DNA from: Methanobacteriota archaeon
Lineage (GTDB): Archaea; JAADCQ01; Methanopyri; Methanopyrales; Methanopyraceae
DNA length: 64,000 nt
Direction of reading: 5' to 3'
NCBI GenBank assembly: GCA_027064425.1
Contig: JAMOPO010000057.1
Span: 129,352-193,351 of the forward strand
Positions 31,902 to 42,140 of the stretch are shown piece after piece. Position 1 is the stretch's first letter. The number at the start of each line of letters is the position of its first letter. The translations under genes and the position numbers were made by a program. The notes below the pieces were generated by a model. That model was given only the letters and a program-made list of their open reading frames with translations, was not told the origin of the DNA and searched no databases.

Positions 31902-32623
31902 GAGCCTCCCCCCGACCCGTCCCCGGACCTGGAGTAACCCTCGACCCTCCTTCTCGCTTTCTCCAGGATCCAGAGCAGGGCCTTCACCTCCTTGTCGGTG
32001 CAGCGGGCCCGGGCCAGGAACCGACGGAACGTCGTCCGGACGTTGTCACGACGCACCTCATCGATCCCGAGGGCGCGCATGAGGCGGTCGAGCGAGTCCA
32101 CGAGCACCTCCTTCTCCCGCTTGGTCGCGGGGCGACCGTAGCGCTCCGGCACGTGCTCCTCCCTGGTGAGCTCGTAGAGGGTGACGGCCACGGAGTGGGA
32201 TAGGTTCATTGAGCGGTACTCCTCGCTGGTCGGGATGAACATGGTCGCGTCGCACAGCTTGATCTCCCAGGTCCGGAGTCCCCGATCCTCGGGCCCGAAA
32301 ACCAGGGCGATCTTCTCGCAGTCGGAGAACTGCTCTCGCACCTCCCAGGGCATCATCGGGTCCCGGGCGGGGGTTGAGCCAAGCACGGCGGTGGTAGCCA
32401 CGGCCGCCTCCACGTCCTCGATGGCCTCCTCCAGGGTGTTCACTATCCTTGCCTCCCTCAGCACGTCCAGCGCGTGCATCGCTCGGGCCACCGCGACCTC
32501 ACCAAGCTCGGCCCGAGGTCGGACGAGGAAAAGTTCCTTCACACCGAAGTTCTTCATCGCCCGGGCAACGTGACCGACGTTCCCGTCGTACTTGGGCTCG
32601 ACGAGCACCACTCGGATCTCCAA
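31898..32623 (-). CDS. trmJ: SPOUT tRNA methyltransferase, TrmJ family
   Basis: NVGHVARAMKNFG, FGPEDRGL, YRSMNLSHSV. Confidence 0.88.
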   Translation of the reverse strand: MEIRVVLVEPKYDGNVGHVARAMKNFGVKELFLVRPRAELGEVAVARAMHALDVLREARIVNTLEEAIEDVEAAVATTAVLGSTPARDPMMPWEVREQFSDCEKIALVFGPEDRGLRTWEIKLCDATMFIPTSEEYRSMNLSHSVAVTLYELTREEHVPERYGRPATKREKEVLVDSLDRLMRALGIDEVRRDNVRTTFRRFLARARCTDKEVKALLWILEKARRRVEGYSRSGDGSGGGS

Positions 32624-32649
32624 CGCCCACTACCTCCGGGGTGCCGTCC

Positions 32650-34584
32650 TTGATCGTCGGCACGGTCCGGAACGACTTCAAACGCCGGAGATTAAACTAC
32701 TGGGAGGGACGGGTCGTCCTAGAGACGGAGGACGGCGACGAGGTCACGCTTCACCTCCCCGGCACGATCGCGGGGTGGCTGACCCGGGAGACGAAGGTCC
32801 GCATCAAGGGCGCGGAGGACGAGGAGATCGACGTGTTCGAGGACGACGTGACCGTGGAGCGGGAGTACGAGGGCGAGTGGGTGCAGGTCTGGCCACCCTT
32901 CGAGACCGAGGTGACGCTGGAGCGCACGGACGTGATGGGCGAGGAGATCTACCGGTACGAGCTCCGGGCCCGGGAGGCCATCTACAAGGAGGACTTTGAG
33001 TACATCGTCGGGCTCGAGCAGTACCACTACGCCTCGGAGAAGGACGTGGTGGCGATCTGGGCGTGCCGGGAGTGCGGGAAGGTCATCCGGGCCAACGTTC
33101 GACCTGAGGAGTGCTCCAAGTGCGGCTCCACGCAGGTCGAGCTCCGGGCGATCAGAGGCTCGCTACCCGCCTCGCGGTTCATGGTCTTGGAGCTGACCAA
33201 CGGCGAGGAGTACGAGCCGGACATCGTGGCGTACGTCCGCGTGGACCCGCCCATCCCGAAGCTGAACCGGCGGCTGGACGGGACCGTGGAGCGGAACATC
33301 CGGGAGCGGGTGTTCTCCGAGGACTGGTTCCACCCCACCTTCGAGCCGGAGCGCGGTAAGACGGTGGAGGAGATCCTGCACCGGTGCGACACGCGCGTAG
33401 CGCGGATCGCCCGGGTCGTCGTGCACCCGGAGTACCGCGCCGACGGCATCGGGCGCACGGCGGTGCAGGCGGCGGTCAAGTGGGTCAAGGAGGCGCGCAT
33501 CCCGGAGATGAAGGGGAAGAAGCACCTGATCGAGGTCATCGCGCAGATGGCCCGCTACCACCCGATCTTCGAGAGCGTGGGCTTCGTGTACCTGTGGGAC
33601 ACGGGCTCGGGCCGCCCCTACCTGGTGAAGCCGCTCACGAGGAAGGCGAAGCGCATGGTCTCCAAGTTCCTGAGGGAGGACCAGCAGGCGCGCAGGCACG
33701 GTGGCCGGCTGTACCGCTCCCGACTGAAGAAGCTCGAGGTGGAGCCGCTGGAGGGACCGATCCGGGTCAAGGGCCTGCACAAGATGTTCACGGCCGAGCT
33801 GGACGTGAAGGGCTTGCCCCAGGAGATCGTGGAGCTGCTGGAGGCGTTCGGCGTCCTGCACCGGCGCATTCAGCAGTACGCACTGCAGGACGTGAACCTG
33901 GAGGTGGAACCGGGCGAGCTGGTGGTGGTCGTAGGCCCCAGCGGGGCGGGCAAGACGACGCTCGTGCGCATGATCATGGGGGCGCACGAGGAGTTCCTGG
34001 AGTCCATCCGGAAGGAGCTGCTGCGGAAGCTGTCCTCCCCGATCGTGTCGCGGGCGCTCTACTCGATGGGGACCACGCCGGAGGAGGTCGTGGAGGAGCT
34101 CGTCGAGGAGATGTACCGGCCGGACAAGGGCAAGGTCGAGCTACCGGACAACACCAAGCTGGAGGCGATGATCCCGGGCGAGGTGGAGCCGGACATCGAC
34201 CCGGGCGTCACCATCATCGAGGACCTGGTGTCCGTCACGGGCGACGTGCACCTGGCCGTGGAGATCCTCAACCGCTCGGGCATCTCGGACGCGGTCCTGT
34301 ACCGCAGCCCGTACGAGCGCCTGTCGCCGGGTCAGAAGGAGCGGGTAAGGCTGGCGCGGATGATCGCGGAGGGCGCGAACCTGCTGGTCATCGACGAGTT
34401 CTGTTCGCACCTGGACCCGAAGACGTCGATGAGGGTGGCGCGCAGCTTCTCCGAGATGTGCCGCGAGCTGGGGATCACGGCGATCATCATCACGCATCGG
34501 TCCGAGGTGATCGACGCGCTCGCACCGGACAAGATCGTGTACGTGGGTTACGGGCTGGTGGGGGTGGAGGAGCGGGAGGAGTGA
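32650..34584 (+). CDS. GNAT acetyltransferase / Zn-ribbon fused to an ABC-type ATPase (COG2401-like)
   Basis: CRECG...CSKCG; RIARVVVHPEYRADGIG; GPSGAGKTT; LSPGQ; IDEF. Confidence 0.85.
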   Translation: MIVGTVRNDFKRRRLNYWEGRVVLETEDGDEVTLHLPGTIAGWLTRETKVRIKGAEDEEIDVFEDDVTVEREYEGEWVQVWPPFETEVTLERTDVMGEEIYRYELRAREAIYKEDFEYIVGLEQYHYASEKDVVAIWACRECGKVIRANVRPEECSKCGSTQVELRAIRGSLPASRFMVLELTNGEEYEPDIVAYVRVDPPIPKLNRRLDGTVERNIRERVFSEDWFHPTFEPERGKTVEEILHRCDTRVARIARVVVHPEYRADGIGRTAVQAAVKWVKEARIPEMKGKKHLIEVIAQMARYHPIFESVGFVYLWDTGSGRPYLVKPLTRKAKRMVSKFLREDQQARRHGGRLYRSRLKKLEVEPLEGPIRVKGLHKMFTAELDVKGLPQEIVELLEAFGVLHRRIQQYALQDVNLEVEPGELVVVVGPSGAGKTTLVRMIMGAHEEFLESIRKELLRKLSSPIVSRALYSMGTTPEEVVEELVEEMYRPDKGKVELPDNTKLEAMIPGEVEPDIDPGVTIIEDLVSVTGDVHLAVEILNRSGISDAVLYRSPYERLSPGQKERVRLARMIAEGANLLVIDEFCSHLDPKTSMRVARSFSEMCRELGITAIIITHRSEVIDALAPDKIVYVGYGLVGVEEREE

Positions 34585-35016
34585 TCACTCCTCCTCCGGC
34601 GGGACAACGATCACCGGGCACGGGGCCCGCGTCACCACGCCCTTCGCCGTGCTGCCCAGGATGAGCCCCTTGACGCCGGAGAGGCCCCGGGTCCCGATCA
34701 CGATCAGGTCCACGTCCCGCTCCTTCGCCTCGTCCACGATGCCCTGCACCACGGAGGGAGCCTCCACGACGACCGGCTCCGCCTCGACGCCCTCCTCCTC
34801 GGCCATTTCGCAGACCTCGTTCACCAGCTTCTCCGCCTCCTCCACGATCTCCTCGGGGAGCGTGTAGGAGGGCTTGGTGCCGAGCGGACTCCAGAGTGGA
34901 ATCACGTGCACGGCGATGACGTCGGCGTCGAACTGCTTCGCGATCTCGATGCCAACCTTGGCCGCCTGCTTCGAGTTCTCGGAGCCGTCGGTCGGGATCA
35001 TGATGGTTTTGAACAC
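34585..35016 (-). CDS. Universal stress protein
   Basis: IMIPTDGS, DLIVIGTRG...LILGST...PCPVIVV. Confidence 0.93.
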   Translation of the reverse strand: MFKTIMIPTDGSENSKQAAKVGIEIAKQFDADVIAVHVIPLWSPLGTKPSYTLPEEIVEEAEKLVNEVCEMAEEEGVEAEPVVVEAPSVVQGIVDEAKERDVDLIVIGTRGLSGVKGLILGSTAKGVVTRAPCPVIVVPPEEE

Positions 35017-35089
35017 AACCAGCCCCCCTCGAGACCGAGGTTCCACCGGTATAATACCGTGTCGATCGGGGGCGCGCCGGGTGCACCCC

Positions 35090-35464
35090 ATGGCGGAGAG
35101 GCACTTCAAGCGCCTGGACGAGGAGGGCGTGCGCGAGCCCCTCGGACCGCGTGAGGACTGCGAGTATTACCCGTGTCACTTCGAGGGTCAGGACTGCACC
35201 TGGTGCTTCTGTCCCCTGTACCCGTGCCTGGACGAGAGTCTGGGCGGGTGGGTGAGAACTAGGGACGGGTCCGAGGTGTGGGGGTGCCAGGACTGCGACC
35301 TCGTGCACCGGCCGGAGGTGGCGGAGCTGCTGCTGCGCGAGCTGCTCCAGCTGGGCGACGGGAGCATCCTGGAGGGGGTTAAGGTGCTGGAAGAGGATGA
35401 GGAGGTGAAGCGGCGCCTGCTCGAGCGCATCAAAGCGAAACGCGGAAGCCGGCGGCGGCCCTGA
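35090..35464 (+). CDS. Cysteine-rich small domain protein (zf-like)
   Basis: CEYYPCHFEGQDCTWCFCPLYPC...WGCQDC..VH. Confidence 0.85.
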   Translation: MAERHFKRLDEEGVREPLGPREDCEYYPCHFEGQDCTWCFCPLYPCLDESLGGWVRTRDGSEVWGCQDCDLVHRPEVAELLLRELLQLGDGSILEGVKVLEEDEEVKRRLLERIKAKRGSRRRP

Positions 35465-35879
35465 CGGCGTCGAGCAGCTCGTAGTCGATGCGGAACAGCG
35501 GGTTCGGGTGGAACTCGCGGTTCAGCTCGCGCCGGACGATGTCCTTCAGGTCCTGGAGCGGAACGGGGTTCGGGTACCGGACGGGGTCGGCGAGCTCGAT
35601 CAAGTAGGCGTGCTCCTTCCCGTCGAGGTACTCGCGAAGCTCCTCCGGGGAAGTCTTGGCGGCCGCGGCGATCTCGTCCAGGTTGTCGTCGACCCTGACC
35701 CGTCTGATCCCGTTGATGCGTGCCTCGCCGAGGACGGCCTTGGTCGGGCTCGACGCGTACACGACGCACGTGTCCTCGTTCACGATGGTCGTGGGTAACC
35801 AGCGGCGGACCTCGACGGTCTTCACGCCGCTGAGGATCATGTCCGCGTACCGGGGCTTGACGGACATCCACACCGGCAA
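35430..35879 (-). CDS. ASCH-domain protein
   Basis: MSVKPRYADMILSGVKTVEVRR, YASSP. Confidence 0.85.
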   Translation of the reverse strand: MPVWMSVKPRYADMILSGVKTVEVRRWLPTTIVNEDTCVVYASSPTKAVLGEARINGIRRVRVDDNLDEIAAAAKTSPEELREYLDGKEHAYLIELADPVRYPNPVPLQDLKDIVRRELNREFHPNPLFRIDYELLDAVRAAAGFRVSL

Positions 35880-36018
35880 GCCGCGGCGGCCCGTCGCGAT
35901 CCCTTTTCAGATAGTTTTTGTAATCTTTCCACCTGGAATTAGCCCTGCGAGGAACTAGGAAGGGGGCGTTGGCGGGAGGGCCGGGCCGCTCCCGGTCCGG
36001 CTTGACTACTGGCTTGGA

Positions 36019-37074
36019 TTACTCCTTGAAGTGCGGGATCACCTCCTCGCCGATCAGCTCGATGGCCTTCTCCTTGTCCGGGCCGATCGGTGAGCCGACG
36101 ACCACCTGCGTCACTCCGGTCTTGAGGAGCTCCTCGATCTTGTCGATGACCGTGTCCGGGTCGCCGGCGATGGAGAACGCCTCGATCATGTCCTCGTCGA
36201 CGAGGCTGATGGCCTTACCGAAGTCACCCTTCTGGATCGCCTCGGCGATCTGCTCGGCCTTCTCCTTGTCGATGTCGTGCCGCTCCAGGACGACGTCGGG
36301 CGCGCCCATCACGATGAACGCGACGACGATCTTGGTCTCCTCGATGGCCTTGTCCTCGTCCTTGTCGATCGAGAAGCACGTGTAGGCGGCGACGTCGATC
36401 TCGTCCAGGCTCCGCCCCGCCTCCTTAGCACCCTCCTCGATGTGCGGGATCGCCTCCTCGAAGTCCTTCGGGTGGGACGCGTTCACCAGGACGCCGTCCG
36501 CGATCTCGCCGGCGGTCTTCAGCATGATCGGACCCTGAGCGCCCATGTAGAACGGGATCTTGTCTCCCTGGATGGAGCGCGCGTTCACGTCCGCGGTCCC
36601 GGTCTTCACGAACTCGCCCTCGTACTCGACGGGCCCGCCCTTCAGGTACTCGTAGATCAGCTCCTTGACCTCCTTAATCGCGGTCGCCGGACCCACCTCG
36701 TCCTCGCTCTCGAAGTTCCAGATCGGCACCTTGCACGGGAAGGGCATGCCCATCTTCTCGAACGTAGCCTTGTCACCCGGGCCCATTCCGAGCACGGCCC
36801 GACCGCCGGAGATCCAGTCCAGCGTGGCGATGTTGCTGGCCGTGACCAGCGGGTGCCGGGTGTACGGGTTCGTGATTCCCGGCCCGAGCCTGATCTTGTT
36901 CGTGATCACCGCCGCCAGCGTCAGCACACCCATGTAGGAGTAGTTGTTGTAGTGGTCGCAGATCCACGCGTACTCGAACCCGTTGTCCTCCGCCACCTTG
37001 ATCAGGTGGGCGATCTTCGTGGGCTTGTCGTCCGGCAGCAGCTCGATTCCGAAGGACACCTCCTCTTCCGCCAT
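36019..37074 (-). CDS. mer: F420-dependent methylenetetrahydromethanopterin reductase
   Basis: FGIELLP, WICDHYNN, GPGITNPYTRHP, GAQGPIML, GSPIGPD. Confidence 0.97.
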   Translation of the reverse strand: MAEEEVSFGIELLPDDKPTKIAHLIKVAEDNGFEYAWICDHYNNYSYMGVLTLAAVITNKIRLGPGITNPYTRHPLVTASNIATLDWISGGRAVLGMGPGDKATFEKMGMPFPCKVPIWNFESEDEVGPATAIKEVKELIYEYLKGGPVEYEGEFVKTGTADVNARSIQGDKIPFYMGAQGPIMLKTAGEIADGVLVNASHPKDFEEAIPHIEEGAKEAGRSLDEIDVAAYTCFSIDKDEDKAIEETKIVVAFIVMGAPDVVLERHDIDKEKAEQIAEAIQKGDFGKAISLVDEDMIEAFSIAGDPDTVIDKIEELLKTGVTQVVVGSPIGPDKEKAIELIGEEVIPHFKE

Positions 37075-37108
37075 GGGCGCGGCCCCGGGAGGAACGCGGG
37101 GGCGCGCG

Positions 37109-37117
37109 TTTATATAC
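37109..37117 (-). promoter_or_regulatory. TATA box of mer
   Basis: TATATAAA on the minus strand about 35 bp upstream of the ATG. Confidence 0.7.
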
Positions 37118-37248
37118 GGGAGGACGGCGGCGCGGGGCGAATTGGAGTTATTGATTTCTGTCGCGTTCGGGCGTCGAGCGTGCCTCCACGCGGCCTCCCC
37201 GGTGGTGTTATACCGCGCAGTGAGGGTGCAGCCTGGGGGCCTCGGAGG

Positions 37249-37845
37249 TTGGCGCGGAGCGTGACGGTGGGGGAGATCGCCCAGCGGAAGGTGATCACCG
37301 GTAGTGAGGCGGAGACCGCGGAGGAGCTGGCTTACAAGATGCGCGAGCACGGCATCGGCAGCGTCGTGATCGTGAACGAAAAGAACGAGCCGATCGGGAT
37401 CGTGACCGAGCGGGACCTGGTCATCAAGGTCGTCTCGCGCGGCCTCAAGCCGGACGAGGTCGTCGCGAAGGAGATCATGTCGTCGCCCGTGATCACGGTC
37501 GAGGAGGACGTGGACGTGAACGAGGCCGTTGAGATCATGGCCAACAAGGGCATTCGCAGGCTCCCGATCGTGGACGAGGACGGTAAGCTCGTGGGCATCG
37601 TGACCATGCAGGACATCCTCCGCGTGGAACCGCACATCCTGCGGACCATCGAGGAGGAGATGGAGAGGTTCAAGGAGGAGCTGCGGGAGGCGGAGGAGGT
37701 GGAAGAGACCGTCGAGGGCGTGTGCGACCTCTGCGAGACGTACTCGGAGGAGCTGCGGTTCGCCGACGGGATGTGGGTCTGCCCGGAGTGCTACGAGGAG
37801 GTCCTTGGCCGCGAGATCAGCGAGAGCGAGCTGGAGGAGGAGTGA
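37249..37845 (+). CDS. CBS-pair protein with C-terminal Zn ribbon
   Basis: GIVTERD, IRRLPIV; CDLC...CPEC. Confidence 0.88.
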   Translation: MARSVTVGEIAQRKVITGSEAETAEELAYKMREHGIGSVVIVNEKNEPIGIVTERDLVIKVVSRGLKPDEVVAKEIMSSPVITVEEDVDVNEAVEIMANKGIRRLPIVDEDGKLVGIVTMQDILRVEPHILRTIEEEMERFKEELREAEEVEETVEGVCDLCETYSEELRFADGMWVCPECYEEVLGREISESELEEE

Positions 37846-37848
37846 CCC

Positions 37849-38709
37849 GTGCTGGCCGGCCCCTCCGGACTCCCCGAGACCTCCGTCATGCGCCTCGCGA
37901 CGACCGAGGTCGTCGCGGTGCCCCCGACGGTGACCGTGAAGAGCGTCGTCGACACGATGACCCGGTACGGGTTCCGCCGCCTCCCCATCGTCGAGCCCGA
38001 GGGGCAGTCCCTGGTCGGCATCGTCACCGGCCGCGACGTCCTCGACTACCTCGTCGGTGAGCGGCGCGACCTCCTCGACCGCCGGTACGATGGCGACTTC
38101 CTCCTGGGACTGCACGAGCCCGCCCGCTCGATCATGACGACCGACGTGTACGTCGTTACCCCGTACGACACCGTCCGCAAGGCCGTCAAGACGATGTTCG
38201 AGTTCGACGTGGGGGCCCTCCCCGTCGTCGAGGACCGCGACCGGCTCGTCGGTATCATCACCGAGCGCGACGTCGCGATGGACCTCTACCGGGTGCTCGA
38301 GGACGAGCGCGTGGAGGACCTCATGACGGAGGACCCGGAGACGACCGAGCCGGGCGCCTCCATCCTGGAGGCCGCTGAGACGATGATCGAGCGCGGGTTC
38401 CGGCGCCTGCCGGTGGTGAAGGGGGGTCGACTGCTCGGCCTGGTCACGATGACCGACATTCTCCACCACGTTTCCTCCCGGGCGACCGGGGGCGAGGCGT
38501 CCGGCGAGGTGGAGGACGTCCTGGGCGAGCCCGTGGAGGAGGTCATGACGGAGGACGTGATCACCGTCGAGCCCGAGGCCAGCGCCGAGGACGCCGTGCT
38601 CACCATGCGCGGGGCCAACGTCGGCAGCCTGGTCGTCGTGGAGGGCAACGAGATCGTGGGCATCATCACCGAGCGCGACATCGTGCACGCCGTCGCCGAG
38701 CACCTCTGA
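37849..38709 (+). CDS. Four-CBS-domain protein
   Basis: FRRLPIV/FRRLPVV; GIITERD twice. Confidence 0.9.
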   Translation: MLAGPSGLPETSVMRLATTEVVAVPPTVTVKSVVDTMTRYGFRRLPIVEPEGQSLVGIVTGRDVLDYLVGERRDLLDRRYDGDFLLGLHEPARSIMTTDVYVVTPYDTVRKAVKTMFEFDVGALPVVEDRDRLVGIITERDVAMDLYRVLEDERVEDLMTEDPETTEPGASILEAAETMIERGFRRLPVVKGGRLLGLVTMTDILHHVSSRATGGEASGEVEDVLGEPVEEVMTEDVITVEPEASAEDAVLTMRGANVGSLVVVEGNEIVGIITERDIVHAVAEHL

Positions 38710-38724
38710 GCCGGCCCGGGCGGT

Positions 38725-38747
38725 ACCGTTACGAGCATCAGAACGAT
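38725..38747. repeat. 23-bp palindrome, copy 3 (ACCGTTACGA-GCA-TCAGAACGAT)
   Basis: Between convergent genes. Confidence 0.8.
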
Positions 38748-38756
38748 CGGTCGAGA

Positions 38757-40928
38757 TCACCGACCGCGGCGGGGCGCGAGCAGCAGCAGTGAGACCGCGG
38801 CCCCCAGGAGCGAGGCCCCCGCCGTCCACCCGCTGGGTCTCCACCGGAACTCCACGGTCGTGGGCCCCGGGAGGCGAAGCAGCAGCATGTTGTCGAGCCC
38901 GCCCAGCCGCTCCCCCCTCGACGGCCTCCAGCACGGGAAGTAAGGGACCTTGATCCACACGAGACCCCGCCCGACCACCCGGACGCGCGCGTGGTCGACG
39001 CGCACGGGAACGGGCTTGAGGCGCCTTCGGGGCAGCTCGTGGACGATCTCCGACGGCCTCAGGTACCGGATCGTGACCCCGTCGACGCGCTCGGTCAGGC
39101 GCTGGTCCCTCCGCATCACGAGGACCTCCTTAACCCCGCACCCTCTGAGCTCCCGCACCTGGTCCGGCGTGGGCGGCCGGTCCATCACGACCACCTCGGG
39201 CCTGGCCTCCCGGACCAGGCGGCAGCTCACGCTGCGGGTGAAGGCGTAAGCGGGCACCACGCGCGGGTCGAACCGCGCCAGCTTGCACAGCCGCATGTAC
39301 CGGTACTTGTTGCCCAGGAAGACCGACTTCACGCCGTCCAGCTCGTAGCCCATCGGCGCCCGGAACTCGTACACCTTGACCCAACGGTAGTCGCGGACGG
39401 GCCGGACGCCCATCCGGCGCAGCTCGTGCATGCACCTCCGGGCGTACGGCTTCCGGGCGCTGAGCACGAGGTAGCGCACGCCCAGGACCCGGCCGATGGC
39501 CAGCGCGCGGTGCACCTCCACGCGCTTGAAGGAGCGCTGATACTGGATGATCGCGTCCCGGATGGGCGTACCCTCCCGGAACCACCCGAACACGGCCGGC
39601 TTGTCCACGATGTACGGCGTCATCCCCCACATCGCCCGGTAGCCCACGGTGGCGACCCGGTCCCACGGGCCACCGTGCTCGCGGACCCACAGCAGCGCGG
39701 CCATCTCGGATTTGGTGTAGTGAACGGGGCGGTACGCGCAGGACAGGCCCGCGGCGGCGTCGCAGAGGCAGCCCGCGCAGATCAGGGCCAGCAGGGCGAT
39801 CGACCAGCGCGGGATCAGGGCGCGGATCCACTCCACCGCGAACGCGCCGAGCGCGCACAGGATGGCGGTAGAGAACATCAGGAACCACTTGGGCTCGAAC
39901 CCGATCGATTCCATTTCGCGCTGGAGGACGAGTCCAAAGGACAGGAAGACCGCCAGCGGGAGCAGCACGGCGAAGGGGAGGAACGCGCGGGGCCTGCGGC
40001 GGACGGCCAGCAGCAATCCGGCCCAGCCGAGGAAGAACTGGGCGGCGCCGACGTACTTGGCGTACCGGGTCTTCCAGTACTTCGGCACGAAGAGCTCGAG
40101 CGGGTCGTGCACCGAGGACATGTGGATCCACCAGGGCGGCTTGGTCGTGTACGTGTAGGTCCGGTAGGCCAGGGCGGGGTACAGCCACCAGGAGATGGAC
40201 ATCACCGCGAGCGCCGCGGCCGTCACGACCCAGAAGTGGCCGGGCAGGTCGGGCAGGAGGTCCGGCAGGTGTAGCCGACCGCGCAGCACCTGTCCGGAGG
40301 TGAAGGAGAGTCGCAGGAGCGCGTAGGTCAGGCACAGGATCAGCGCCGCCAGGCCGGTGCTGTGGTGCGTTAGGAACGTCAGTGCGAGGACGATCGCGAG
40401 GGCGCCGGCGAGCCTGCGTCGGTTCCGGCGCGGGTCGTAGACCGCCACGAGGAGGCCCGGAACGAGCGCGTAGAACGCCATGGCCGCGACGGTGGGGATC
40501 CTCCCCTCGGTGAACGTGATCTCGATGTGGTTGTACGACGTCTGGTAAAGCAGCGCCGCGATGAGCGAGGGTAGCGGTCCCGCGCCGAAGAGTCGGGCGG
40601 TAGCGTACACGGAGGGCCCGGCCAGCGCGTACGCGAGAACGATCCACACCTTCCACACCGTGAGAACGTCGGCGCCGGTTACCCGAGCCACCGCGCCCGG
40701 CACCAGGTAGGACAGCGGTGGGTAGTACCACAGGAAGGGATACCCGCAGTACCAGTACTCGGACCAGGCGGGGTAGGGCCAGTCGCCCAGCGACCACAGC
40801 TTCTCGAGCATCCAGACCTTGGTCATGTGACCCCGGGCGTCCGCCCCGCTCGGGAACCAGTTCCAGCCGTAGTTGAGGGCCGGAGACGCGATCGCCGCTC
40901 CGAGCAAGAAAGTTAGGGCCGCCAGCAT
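38757..40928 (-). CDS. Polytopic membrane protein, PTPS-related / GT-C-like
   Basis: GADARGH..K, WSEYWYCGYPFLWYYPPL, many TM helices, YFPCW near the C-terminus. Confidence 0.75.
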   Translation of the reverse strand: MLAALTFLLGAAIASPALNYGWNWFPSGADARGHMTKVWMLEKLWSLGDWPYPAWSEYWYCGYPFLWYYPPLSYLVPGAVARVTGADVLTVWKVWIVLAYALAGPSVYATARLFGAGPLPSLIAALLYQTSYNHIEITFTEGRIPTVAAMAFYALVPGLLVAVYDPRRNRRRLAGALAIVLALTFLTHHSTGLAALILCLTYALLRLSFTSGQVLRGRLHLPDLLPDLPGHFWVVTAAALAVMSISWWLYPALAYRTYTYTTKPPWWIHMSSVHDPLELFVPKYWKTRYAKYVGAAQFFLGWAGLLLAVRRRPRAFLPFAVLLPLAVFLSFGLVLQREMESIGFEPKWFLMFSTAILCALGAFAVEWIRALIPRWSIALLALICAGCLCDAAAGLSCAYRPVHYTKSEMAALLWVREHGGPWDRVATVGYRAMWGMTPYIVDKPAVFGWFREGTPIRDAIIQYQRSFKRVEVHRALAIGRVLGVRYLVLSARKPYARRCMHELRRMGVRPVRDYRWVKVYEFRAPMGYELDGVKSVFLGNKYRYMRLCKLARFDPRVVPAYAFTRSVSCRLVREARPEVVVMDRPPTPDQVRELRGCGVKEVLVMRRDQRLTERVDGVTIRYLRPSEIVHELPRRRLKPVPVRVDHARVRVVGRGLVWIKVPYFPCWRPSRGERLGGLDNMLLLRLPGPTTVEFRWRPSGWTAGASLLGAAVSLLLLAPRRGR

Positions 40929-40976
40929 CGGATCCCTACGCTCCACGGCCCAGCGCCCCGCCGTCGGGGTGGGACC

Positions 40977-42140
40977 GTGCGCGACCGGGAAGAGGCGGTT
41001 AATTACCTGTCGGAGCTCCTGGGCGTTGAGGAGTGGAAGGTCAGGGAGGCGCTGAAGCGCGGCACGATTCGGCGGGTTAAGCTGTCGTTCCCGGACTTCG
41101 AGTACTACCGCCTCGTCAGAGACTTCGGGGGTTACGAGCGGGGCACGCTGGTCGTTCCCGAGCACGATCTGGTCGTTCGAGGCTTCCCGAAGATCGAGCG
41201 GGCCCTGCTGCTCGAGCCGGCGCTGAGGACCCGGTTCGGCGACGGGGGACGCGTGGTCGTCGAGGAGAAGATGAACGGGCACAACGTGCGCCTGTTCGAG
41301 GTGGAGGGCGAGGTGTACGCCGCGACCCGAGGCGGGCTCATCTGCCCGTACACGACGCACCGCGTCCGGGAGCTCTGCGGTGAGGAGCTCCGGAGCTTCC
41401 TGGAGGACCATCCCGACACCGTGGTCTGCGCGGAGTTCGTGGGCCGCGAGAACCCGTACGTGTCCAAGGAGTACCCGGAGGCCCCGGACGTTGGTCTCTT
41501 CGTCTTCGACGTCCGCGACCTGGACGGGAGGTTTTGGTCCTTCGAGGAGAAGCGGGCCGTGGACGAGTACGGACTGGAGCGCGTCCGCTGCTTCGGCGAG
41601 TTCAGCGTCGAGGAGGCGGTCGAGGAGGTTCCACGCATCATCCGGGAGCTGGACCGGGAGGGTCGCGAGGGGGTCGTCATCAAGGACCCGGGTCGGGAGA
41701 AGCCCCCGCTGAAGTACACGACCCACTCCGCGCACGTGGAGGAGCTCGAGTGGGCGTTCACGTTCGCGTTCGATCTGGGTCGCGACTTCGTGCTCACGCG
41801 CACCATCCGGGAGGGCTTCCAGTCCTTCGAGTGGGAGGAGGACGAGGAGGAGCTGGAGCGCCGGGCGGCGGACGTCGGTCGGGCCATCGTGGAGGGGCTG
41901 AGGCGCGCGCTGGAGCGGATGAGGGACGGCGGCGGGGCCGTGGAGGAGGTCCCGCTCACGTTCGCCTCGATGCGGTGGTACCGCAGGTACGAGGAGTTCG
42001 TCAAGCATGTCACTGGGGGGACTCACACGCTCGAGATAGTCAGCGAGGACGATGATGGTAGGGTTAAGGCCGTGCTGAAGAAAAGGTACGTCAGGACTGA
42101 AGATAAGGTCAAAAGCATATTCGAGGAGGGGGTGCTCTAG
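40977..42140 (+). CDS. ATP-dependent RNA ligase, Rnl3 (Pab1020) family
   Basis: RGFPKIER, EEKMNGHNVR, TRGGLICPYTT, REGVVIK, LKYTT. Confidence 0.92.
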   Translation: MRDREEAVNYLSELLGVEEWKVREALKRGTIRRVKLSFPDFEYYRLVRDFGGYERGTLVVPEHDLVVRGFPKIERALLLEPALRTRFGDGGRVVVEEKMNGHNVRLFEVEGEVYAATRGGLICPYTTHRVRELCGEELRSFLEDHPDTVVCAEFVGRENPYVSKEYPEAPDVGLFVFDVRDLDGRFWSFEEKRAVDEYGLERVRCFGEFSVEEAVEEVPRIIRELDREGREGVVIKDPGREKPPLKYTTHSAHVEELEWAFTFAFDLGRDFVLTRTIREGFQSFEWEEDEEELERRAADVGRAIVEGLRRALERMRDGGGAVEEVPLTFASMRWYRRYEEFVKHVTGGTHTLEIVSEDDDGRVKAVLKKRYVRTEDKVKSIFEEGVL

